Notes: generated by a model not told the origin, from the sequence alone. A stretch of DNA of 22,040 bases from Candidatus Thorarchaeota archaeon (GCA_003345555.1 PRDJ01000040.1:1-22040), one strand, 5' to 3'; positions 15,101-21,439 are shown, numbered from the stretch's first letter. Numbers and translations: made by a program.

Positions 15101-17023
15101 GGACACACTATTCTGCAGGATGTCTACCACCGAGCAGCCATAGATGCTGATTGAAATCGACATCTGGGCGAGATCATTGCGTGCGATGGTGGCGTTCGTG
15201 CACCAGGAGAGACTGAAGCTCCCTGCATTCCTGGCGGTGTTGTCCGCGATGAGTATGTTCGCGCTGTTTGCCAGGGCGATGCCACCGCCTCCATTGTTGA
15301 TGTGGTTGCCCACTATAGTGATGTTAGTGGCAGAGTCCATCGAGATTGCCCCGTTTGTATTGTCGGAGAAGTTGCTGCTCAGGACCCTGACGTTCGCGGA
15401 ATGGGCGGACACCAGAGTGTTTCCAACGTTTCCTCTGGCTGAACACTCAGTGACATCGATTCGTGAGCAGTGGTCGAGAAATATCGGGTTGTCGTAGTAG
15501 TTCGTGTTGTATGAGATGTCGCTGTCAGTGATATTCACGTCCTCGCAGTAGCAGAGGAGCAGAGCGTGATTATGCTCATGTGCAATCGTGACATTCTTCA
15601 TGATACAGTCGCTGACGAAGGCCATTTCGATGCCGATCTGCGTGCCGTCAATTGCCAGGTTCGCGACCTGCACATTCGTGTAGTTCGCTACGATCAGTTC
15701 ACCGACGACATCTTGATGGAAAGCCAGGTCTGTCCCGTCCTTGTAGTAATAGATTGGCTTTCCGCCAATCAGGTTGTCCGTCGTTATAGTGTGAGTGGCA
15801 TAGTAGTCGACCGAGTCTCCTTCCAGGTAGATACCACCAGAGGTGAAGACATTCCTGTTCACTTTGACGTCCTTGGAGTAGGACAGGCCAACACCAGCCG
15901 CATCCTCCCTCATGTCATTGTCGACGACAAGCGCACCGTCTGAATAGCTGAGGTAGATGCCGCTGCCCGAACTTGAGACATCGTTGGAGGCAACAATGAG
16001 GTCGCTCGAGTACGAACAGCTAATGCCGCCCGCACAATTCGAGGCATTGTTTCCGGTGATGTTGAATCCACCACAAGATGAGAGAGAGATTGCAGAACCC
16101 CAGCACCAAGAAAAGTTGTTGTCCAGAACAGTGGCGTTCCTGCAGCTCCCGCAAGATGCGCCAATGTAGGCATGCGATAGATCGTTCCCCGCGACCGTTG
16201 TATTCGCCGAGGAATACAGCCAGATGCCGCCATACACGCCCCCGAGATCATTCCCGATGATTGTGGAATTCACACAATTCTCGATGCTCATCCCGTTGGA
16301 GTATCCGAAGGGCGAGACACGATTGTTCGTCAGGGACGTGTTCCCGCAGAAGCTTGTACGGATTCCGGCGTCACCGCTCGAGGACACGTTGCATCCATTA
16401 ACGACGCTGTTCTCACTGTGCTCTATGAGGACGCTCTGGCGATTACCTGCAAACCTTGCCTGCTCAATCCGGCCGTTTGCCACACAGTCGAAGTGGATGC
16501 CCGAATAGCCGGCGGTCGTTGAGTTGATGTTCACGTCGCGTATGACGAAATAGGCGTCCGTGTTCCGGACGTCTATTCCTATCCCAAGAGAGGAATCGAT
16601 GTCCAACCCTTCGATTATGTAAGGGTCTGTGGCAGTCCCGCTTCCCGATACAACTCCGTTGGAGCTCGTGAAGTTGCTGTTCCCATCTATGAGGATGTTG
16701 GCGTGTGGCGTGCCGGATGTCCTTACTTTCATGGGCTCGTTGGGCGCGCGCTGGACGACAAACACACCCAGGGCGGAGATGATCATGACGACGGCCAACA
16801 CGACGGCAACGTGCTTTTGAGCGGGGGATCCGGAACGTCGTGACCCTGATCTGCGGATCCTGATGGAATTCTCGAGTCTATCAACGCCTGCAGAATTCGA
16901 TGCAGCGAGCGAGCGATCAGCGTTTGGCTCCTCAGCTGCCTCCTCCAGTCTTCCTTGCACTGCAAATCCCCCCAAATTCCGAATAGCGCCCGCGGAATCA
17001 CAACTGCGGTTGCCGTTTTGCAA
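12143..17023 (-). CDS. Large cell-surface protein: parallel beta-helix (NosD/CASH) repeats, Ig-like DxTPP domains and a duplicated GWxL...GYWI C-terminal domain, 1626 aa
   Basis: One hydrophobic segment (~aa 73-91); HANILIDGN...GSGT..DPYIIEG start of the beta-helix; many N-x-I-x-x-N repeats; GGNYWSNY.G.D..SG..QD..G.DGIGDT...DRYPL motif; two DR(T/V)AP/PP-x-SIV(V/I)NSGA.YTN repeats. Start codon uncertain. Confidence 0.9.
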   Translation of the reverse strand: MQNGNRSCDSAGAIRNLGGFAVQGRLEEAAEEPNADRSLAASNSAGVDRLENSIRIRRSGSRRSGSPAQKHVAVVLAVVMIISALGVFVVQRAPNEPMKVRTSGTPHANILIDGNSNFTSSNGVVSGSGTATDPYIIEGLDIDSSLGIGIDVRNTDAYFVIRDVNINSTTAGYSGIHFDCVANGRIEQARFAGNRQSVLIEHSENSVVNGCNVSSSGDAGIRTSFCGNTSLTNNRVSPFGYSNGMSIENCVNSTIIGNDLGGVYGGIWLYSSANTTVAGNDLSHAYIGASCGSCRNATVLDNNFSWCWGSAISLSSCGGFNITGNNASNCAGGISCSYSSDLIVASNDVSSSGSGIYLSYSDGALVVDNDMREDAAGVGLSYSKDVKVNRNVFTSGGIYLEGDSVDYYATHTITTDNLIGGKPIYYYKDGTDLAFHQDVVGELIVANYTNVQVANLAIDGTQIGIEMAFVSDCIMKNVTIAHEHNHALLLCYCEDVNITDSDISYNTNYYDNPIFLDHCSRIDVTECSARGNVGNTLVSAHSANVRVLSSNFSDNTNGAISMDSATNITIVGNHINNGGGGIALANSANILIADNTARNAGSFSLSWCTNATIARNDLAQMSISISIYGCSVVDILQNSVSSAWQVGISVAYFCSKVNVVGNNASDEPTGINFYWASSCTIANNVLLNDQHGLTLEGTVGMTIVNNTFESDGISISGLAYMGYGSVEEFNTHTIATSNLVNGKPVYYFRNESHVDVTGIPVGQLIVANCTHVLAADLSVGDTDVAVEMAYASDVSIENVTGTRVRQGMMFYDCADVAIRGANVSWTDMYGVLANYCENFTLDNSSLAHGSNYNIIVSGGSNLTISRNTITNNGGSSRSAVQISTVAGWTNIIGNTISDCSNILIEAVSCANVTVSMNNASGSSNGDGICTNGCTNVLISGNIAVRNRAANIHVSNCQHAVVSGNNASGTSISNYGIVVDWTGFDVKVTKNVAMDLQITGVVFSGITISNITNNVVSSKGDAIQVISCTGFNVRANIVTAPNGNGIFASSCNGFNIVRNNVSSCCYRGIYVTSSVNGAIKANDLWNNTCAIYIASSTSIRVFHNNLLGNVLRGYDDSGSQNQWDDDYPNGGNYWSNYSGSDAFSGPGQDISGSDGIGDTTMVIDSDSVDRYPLMAPWPVATGPVTTHDYTDYWHTSNFTIILTAAAPESQVLDTYYIINGGPMKTVKLDGLPVITTEGSNNTLEFWSEDIDGIVEDHSLLTGIKLDRTPPTGSIVVNSGAEYTNSSSVTLDLKASDAVSGMGQMRLNDGSSGWSTWENFSATKAWTLTGGGLKVVQVQFSDVAGNTAIYSDSIMLDRVAPTASIVINSGAAYTNTTSVALSLTASDATSDVDKVRYSNDGVSWSSWEPAVSSKPWILLSGNGMKTVYYQVVDRAGNSVIVTDTILLDTASATFYLNLSEGWNLVAVPVVASGHRASTLGLDTGDVVCGWNSATGAYRMYIVGISPSVMDFSIVPSTGYWIYVQSGTETLTLEGVLPSTPQTRTVAVPAGGGWALIGFNSLDTAKHASDIPAMYSVAGGVKMVVSWDSATKAYRSWISTIPTMNNFLLVPGQGYWIYCSASGVLTYNP

Positions 17024-17053
17024 TCGCTATGAATGGGTTAAGAATCTTTCGGT

Positions 17054-17089
17054 GCATTTCCGCCCTTGTGGTCTTTTCTTGAGCTGGAA
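17054..17089 (-). repeat. Intergenic hairpin repeat, copy K
   Basis: Minus strand TTCCAGCTCAAGAAAAGACCACAAGGGCGGAAATGC; stem TTCC-(A)-GCTC...GGGC-GGAA; GAAAAGACC is identical to copies A and D. Confidence 0.7.
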
Positions 17090-17195
17090 TTCCCACATTG
17101 TCGGAGCTGAAGGCTTATCACAAGGAATAGCCATCGATTCTATCACAACAAAGAAGTGGATAACGCAAAGAGGACAGTAGGAGGAGAAAGCGGCG

Positions 17196-17669
17196 ATGAG
17201 ATCGCTCTTGATTGTTGCTTCGTATCATCACGGAAACACCGAGAAGATTGCGAGCGTGTTTGCCCGGGTCCTTGAGGCGCAGACAAGGACGCCCAACCAG
17301 ATACATCCTGAAGAGCTTCAAGAGTATGATCTCATCGGCTTTGGCTCAGGCATCTACGATGCAAAGCACCATACTGATATTCTCGACCTTGCCGATAGAC
17401 TACCGCAAGTCACCAACAAGCTGGCATTCATTTTCTCAACTAGTAGTCACATAGGTGATGACCAAGTCGCCAAAGACCACTCCACACTCAGGGAGAAGCT
17501 GAAGTCGAAAGGTTACGTGATCGTTGACGAATTCAGCTGCAAGGGTTTCAATACGAATAGTTTCCTTGGGCATTTTGGGGGCATGAACAAGGGCAGGCCG
17601 AATGCGGATGACCTCATGCATGCGGAAGCGTTTGCCACGAACCTGAAGCAGACCACGCATGCCACATAG
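17196..17669 (+). CDS. Flavodoxin-family protein, 157 aa
   Basis: FMN phosphate loop SYHHGNTEKIA, DLIGFGSGIY, AFIFST and GRPN..DL..A..FA; RBS GGAGGAG upstream. Confidence 0.92.
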   Translation: MRSLLIVASYHHGNTEKIASVFARVLEAQTRTPNQIHPEELQEYDLIGFGSGIYDAKHHTDILDLADRLPQVTNKLAFIFSTSSHIGDDQVAKDHSTLREKLKSKGYVIVDEFSCKGFNTNSFLGHFGGMNKGRPNADDLMHAEAFATNLKQTTHAT

Positions 17670-17676
17670 CCAACCC

Positions 17677-17722
17677 GGATATTAATCTGAATTCTTAGAT
17701 TAAAATGTGCGAGGGCCCGGAT
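17677..17722 (-). repeat. att-like copy of the tRNA-Leu 3' end and trailer (copy B core)
   Basis: ATTAAAATGTGCGAGGGCCCGGAT (17699-17722) is identical over 24 bp to 21312-21335; adjacent palindrome ATATTAATCTG-AATTCT-TAGATTAAAAT at 17679-17706. Confidence 0.9.
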
Positions 17723-17773
17723 ATTTGCCCGGAATTTGCCGGCATTTAAACCCTCCACCTATAGAATTCATAA

Positions 17774-17782
17774 GTGCGAGGG
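17774..17782 (-). repeat. Short remnant of the tRNA-Leu 3' end
   Basis: GTGCGAGGG matches 21320-21328. It is short, and is supported only by lying within 60 bp of copy B and 80 bp of copy D. Confidence 0.4.
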
Positions 17783-17853
17783 AGAAATCGACGATCGATT
17801 ATTGACATCGAATCTACTGGCAATTAAAGGTCCCAGCAATAACTGCCGGCATG

Positions 17854-17909
17854 AAATGTGCGAAGTATTCCGCTCGTACCGTCGCCTTTCCTCCCGGTCT
17901 TTTCTGAGG
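17854..17909 (-). repeat. Hairpin repeat copy D plus degenerate att core; homologous to 8582-8641
   Basis: Minus strand CCTCAGAAAAGACC---GGGAGGAAAGGCGACGGTACGAGCGGAATACTTCGCACATTT aligns with copy A at about 46 of 60 columns (hand alignment). Confidence 0.8.
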
Positions 17910-17921
17910 CTCAGGATTAGG

Positions 17922-19775
17922 TCATGTCATGTTCTTCTTGAGGAAGCCGACAATACTCTTGATTTGACGAGCATTCTCTCTCCAATCGCATCTGGAGGAG
18001 ATGTGCCCTGCCTTGTCCTCAAGGATGAACTCGTGAGGGTGATTCATATCTTCCAGTTTCTTGACGAACCTCAGTACAGGCTGTATTGGACATCTTGCAT
18101 CTGTCTTTCCACCCTTGATTAAGACCGGAGCCGTGATCTTCGATATGTGAGTAATCGGGGACCTGCTTCGAAGCAACTCTCTTTTCTTGGAGACCGACCC
18201 TCCAAACTGCTCTTCGATAAACGACTTGAATGTGGCATCTGCCAATTCGTTCATCTCCAACCAGTCCGTTATTGGAACACCTGCGACGCCAGCGGCAAAG
18301 ACTTTCGGCTTCGTCGTCAGAGCCATCAGGGTCATGTATCCGCCGTAGGAGAAGCCGCCAATCGCTATCTTCGTAGCTTGAATGTCTTTCTGTCTGCGAA
18401 GCCATTCGGCGGCATACACTTCATCCTCCAGGTCACCTCCACCAAGGTCTCCAACATTCAGCCTCCTGAACTCGGCTCCGTAGCCGGTCGAGCCTCTGAC
18501 ATTCGGGGCGATGACTGCGAACCCGCTCAACGAAAAAGCGTGCAAGGAATCCGCAGATATCCAATCATCAAAAACCTGCCAGTTCGGACCCCCGTGCACC
18601 CAGACTATTGCGGGACTCGGCCCTGCCTTTGACGCCGAAGGCACGTACCATGCGTGAATATCGCGTCCATCAAAGGATTTGTACCAAACGGACCTTGGAG
18701 TGGCTAGCTTGGTCAGGTCGATACCATACTTCTGCGAGGTCAAAGCTACTGCAGACTTTGCGCCACTTCTTAGCCAATAGATTGCCGGTGGGGAAGTCAG
18801 CGACGAGTGGAGCGCGGCTACTGATCCGTCTGAAGTCACCTTCATGCATGTGATTGTGCCCTCGGGAAACGGGAGATTCTTGCCCTTCTTCTGGGTCAGT
18901 CTATGCTCACGGACGACGCTGCGGCTGTGCTTGCTGACGATGTAGAACACTCTATCCGCTTTAGGTCCCCACACCGGCCATCCAAGAACCTCTTCACCAA
19001 CCTCCAAATCCAAGAACTGCCGTGACTGGCTCCGAAGATCCTGGATGACAACCTGGCGTACTCCCTTTGCATCGCTCTCAAAGGCGAGCCTCTTGTCGTC
19101 AGGGGAGAAGGACGGAAAGTTGTCTCTAGAGTCTTTCTTTACACTGTAGGTGGTCATATCCGATGGATTGCCCCTCCTGAAGACCATGATCTCTTCACTC
19201 TTGGGACTGGCCGTCGCATCGCACGCAATGTATTTGCCGTCATGAGAATAGGTCACAGTTCCGATCGGAGGCGTCGCCTCCTTCAGCATGAAACACTCGC
19301 CGGTTGCCGTGTCGATAGTCTCCAGACCGCAGGATTCCTTCTTGGTGATCGCACGAGTGACTTCCTTTGCGTTCGGACTCCAATCGAAGAGCCCCCACAT
19401 CCTGTATGGGGTCTTGGTGATCCTCCTTGGCCTTCCACCCTCTGTTGGCAGCAGATACATGTCAAATGTCTCGTTTCCATCACGGTCTTTAGGGAAGACG
19501 AACTCGCGTCCGTTCGGAGAGAAAAGTCCGAGATCTACGGGATCTTCGCCTTTGGTCAGTTGAACTGGCTTCGAGCAAGGCTTCGTATGCTGGCAATAGA
19601 TTTCGAGATTCCCCGTCCGGTTCGAGGAATAGAGCAAGGTCTTCCCATCTCGAGTAACGTCGAAGACCTCGTAGAACGGAGATATCACTGGAATCTTGAG
19701 CACGTCCAGGTACGACGGCAGAATGTTGACCACCCGCTTGGGCCAATTCCATTCCATCTCCTTAGGTCTTTCCAT
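17922..19775 (-). CDS. S9-family peptidase (acylaminoacyl-peptidase/dipeptidyl peptidase-like) with beta-propeller, 617 aa
   Basis: VHGGP, NVRGSTGYG, nucleophile GFSYGG, Asp in D-ARC, His in AGH; N-terminal WD40/TolB-like FSPDxK repeats; no signal peptide seen. Confidence 0.95.
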   Translation of the reverse strand: MERPKEMEWNWPKRVVNILPSYLDVLKIPVISPFYEVFDVTRDGKTLLYSSNRTGNLEIYCQHTKPCSKPVQLTKGEDPVDLGLFSPNGREFVFPKDRDGNETFDMYLLPTEGGRPRRITKTPYRMWGLFDWSPNAKEVTRAITKKESCGLETIDTATGECFMLKEATPPIGTVTYSHDGKYIACDATASPKSEEIMVFRRGNPSDMTTYSVKKDSRDNFPSFSPDDKRLAFESDAKGVRQVVIQDLRSQSRQFLDLEVGEEVLGWPVWGPKADRVFYIVSKHSRSVVREHRLTQKKGKNLPFPEGTITCMKVTSDGSVAALHSSLTSPPAIYWLRSGAKSAVALTSQKYGIDLTKLATPRSVWYKSFDGRDIHAWYVPSASKAGPSPAIVWVHGGPNWQVFDDWISADSLHAFSLSGFAVIAPNVRGSTGYGAEFRRLNVGDLGGGDLEDEVYAAEWLRRQKDIQATKIAIGGFSYGGYMTLMALTTKPKVFAAGVAGVPITDWLEMNELADATFKSFIEEQFGGSVSKKRELLRSRSPITHISKITAPVLIKGGKTDARCPIQPVLRFVKKLEDMNHPHEFILEDKAGHISSRCDWRENARQIKSIVGFLKKNMT

Positions 19776-19945
19776 CAGTTTCTCGAAGATTCACGAAGTC
19801 AGGAGATTATCCCTGCGATTGATGGTTAAGGACAGTTCGTGTCTTGTTTTGGACATCACAGGGCAAATCCAAAGAGAAGGCGGTAAGAGTGTGAGTCTGC
19901 TCGGAGAGCTGGATCATTCTTTGCTGGCAAGAATCCCGTTTCTTC

Positions 19946-19978
19946 CGCCTTTCTTACCCTCTGGTCCTTTGCAGGATA
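19946..19978 (-). repeat. Intergenic hairpin repeat, copy G
   Basis: Minus strand TATCCTGCAAAGGACCAGAGGGTAAGAAAGGCG; stem TATCCT/AGGGTA; ends in GAAAGGCG like copies D and H. Confidence 0.55.
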
Positions 19979-20089
19979 GCCTGATGATTGCAGAGAATTC
20001 GCAACTCTAGTGACCCCGTCCTTGGAACGACGCAATGAATATCTGAGGATAGGTGATTGATCCTCAAGGAGCCTGGGAGTTGAAACAGA

Positions 20090-21232
20090 ATGAAGGGCAG
20101 ACGCATAGCGACCTGTTGGGCAATGCTAGCAATCGCCGTTCTGGGAATGACCGCTATTTCTGGTACGAGCTCTGCTCATCTGCCTATGTACTCTCCGGGC
20201 GGATCCACGATGAGCACTGCTCTGAAGATTCCAGATGCAAACACATCGTATGGCATAACCGCGGAGTTTCCATCTTCCACCAATCGAATCCAGTTCTACG
20301 CATTCTCAGTGTACGCGGGGCAAGACCTTTCCTTCGAACTGGACGTCCCAGCGACATCAAGCCTTCAGGATTTCGCGCCAGTGATCCTCCTCATTGGCCC
20401 GGGCCTCCATTCTCCCGACAGCAATACATCAAGAATAATCGATGAATTCAGCATCACACTATCATCTGGAGACGGGGCGACTATCTATCTCTACAATGGC
20501 ACTGAGAACGTCAGAGTGTTCGAACCTTTCACCCAGACAAACCTGTGGGTTCGCCAGAGCGGGGAGGTTACACTCCCCTCTACGGGGATCTACTACCTTG
20601 CTGTTGCTGTTCCTCAGGGGTGGCCGCACGATGCCACCTCGGGATTCGGCAAGTACATTCTGGCTCCAGGCACAGTAGAGAGGTTCACTCTGCTTGACTA
20701 TATGTCTATTCCAATAGACTGGGTGAAGTGGCACGCATTCTGGGGACAATCCGTTCTGTTGCTTATGGTTCCCACCTTCTTGGTCGTCGTCATTGGAGTC
20801 ACGGGAACTTGGTACTATCTCAAGAATCGCCGACCAGAGATGCTCGAGTCCAAGCCGAGCGTCACCAGAACCGGGTTCTATCTCGGAGCAGTTGGCGCGA
20901 TGTTGATGGTGGGCAGCACCGTCAACCAAATGGCGCTGCTCTTCTACTACACCAGGTTCTCGCTGGAGACGGCAGACTACATAGAGCTTATGCTACAAGT
21001 CATTGGACTCGTCCTCGGCATCCTTGCATTTCGTATGGTCTTCGGCTTGATGCAACCGAGATCCACTGCAAGGAAGGTTCTCAGCATCGCTCTTCTAGTT
21101 TTGATCGGGTTCGCTGCACTGATGGTCGGAGCTGGTTGGCTCGTCGGTCCAGTATTGTTTGCTTGTGCGGGCTTGACCGAGCTCTTGTCGGCAAATAGAA
21201 CTGAGCGAAGAACCGATGCGTTGGAACGCTGA
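20090..21232 (+). CDS. Hypothetical membrane protein (signal peptide, extracellular beta-rich domain, ~5 C-terminal TM helices), 380 aa
   Basis: Hydrophobic N-terminus ending in SSA-H; soluble region with FEPFTQT and G.YYLAV; several hydrophobic C-terminal segments. Confidence 0.85.
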   Translation: MKGRRIATCWAMLAIAVLGMTAISGTSSAHLPMYSPGGSTMSTALKIPDANTSYGITAEFPSSTNRIQFYAFSVYAGQDLSFELDVPATSSLQDFAPVILLIGPGLHSPDSNTSRIIDEFSITLSSGDGATIYLYNGTENVRVFEPFTQTNLWVRQSGEVTLPSTGIYYLAVAVPQGWPHDATSGFGKYILAPGTVERFTLLDYMSIPIDWVKWHAFWGQSVLLLMVPTFLVVVIGVTGTWYYLKNRRPEMLESKPSVTRTGFYLGAVGAMLMVGSTVNQMALLFYYTRFSLETADYIELMLQVIGLVLGILAFRMVFGLMQPRSTARKVLSIALLVLIGFAALMVGAGWLVGPVLFACAGLTELLSANRTERRTDALER

Positions 21233-21293
21233 ACATCATGCAAGAGTGTCCCATCTATTCTCAACTATGATCCTTTTCCCAAGAAGCTTGCGC

Positions 21294-21335
21294 ATTAATC
21301 CAAATCTATGAATTAAAATGTGCGAGGGCCCGGAT
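21294..21335 (-). repeat. Chromosomal att-like core (copy C): tRNA-Leu 3' end plus trailer and ATTAAT arm
   Basis: ATTAAT-N12-ATTAAAATGTGCGAGGGCCCGGAT; source of the copies at 17699 and 8578. Confidence 0.85.
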
Positions 21336-21405
21336 TTGAACCGGGGGACTCCTGCGAGAACAGATCTTGAGTCTGTCGCCTTTGACCGAGCTTGGCTACC
21401 CTCGC
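21321..21405 (-). tRNA. tRNA-Leu (anticodon CAA), 85 nt, CCA not encoded
   Basis: GCGAGGG/CCCTCGC acceptor stem plus discriminator A; D-arm GCC..GGC; anticodon arm ACAGA-CTCAAGA-TCTGT; variable arm CTC-GCAG-GAG; T-arm CCCGG-TTCAAAT-CCGGG; T4 tract directly downstream. Confidence 0.98.
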
Positions 21406-21432
21406 TCTGTTGCCTTGTTAGGCCGGATTTCG

Positions 21433-21439
21433 TAATAAA
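21433..21439 (-). promoter_or_regulatory. TATA box of tRNA-Leu
   Basis: TTTATTA on the minus strand starting 34 nt upstream of the mature tRNA 5' end. Confidence 0.55.

Larger units (their letters stand above)
8578..17722. mobile_element. Distal tRNA-Leu-associated island segment (radical SAM, M28 peptidase, beta-helix surface protein, flavodoxin) between att-like direct repeats
   Basis: Flanked by 18-20 bp direct repeats derived from the tRNA 3' end; accessory-type cargo; no recombinase gene within. Confidence 0.6.
17699..21335. mobile_element. Proximal tRNA-Leu island segment (S9 peptidase and membrane protein) between 24-bp direct repeats
   Basis: Perfect 24-bp direct repeats, one of which is the 3' end of the intact tRNA; no integrase encoded. 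Confidence 0.65.

Noticed and set aside
12143-17023. Diversity-generating retroelement template/variable repeats within the surface protein
   Set aside because: The internal duplications are highly diverged at all base types rather than adenine-specific, and no reverse transcriptase is present in the window.
20057-20092. In-frame TTG...TGA upstream of the 20090 gene as selenocysteine or readthrough
   Set aside because: There is no RBS spacing for the TTG, the extension would precede a complete signal peptide, and nothing suggests a redox-active Sec context.
6120-21320. Integrase, transposase or IS remnants in the island
   Set aside because: I saw no R-H-x-x-R/H-Y tyrosine-recombinase, DDE, serine-recombinase or HUH motifs in the provided ORFs. 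Very degraded fragments cannot be excluded without a translated HMM search.
8517-21335. CRISPR array or classical integron interpretation of the repeats
   Set aside because: The repeats are kilobases apart, not separated by 30-45 nt spacers, and no cas genes are present. The hairpins lack the RYYYAAC/GTTRRRY attC boundaries, and there is no intI.
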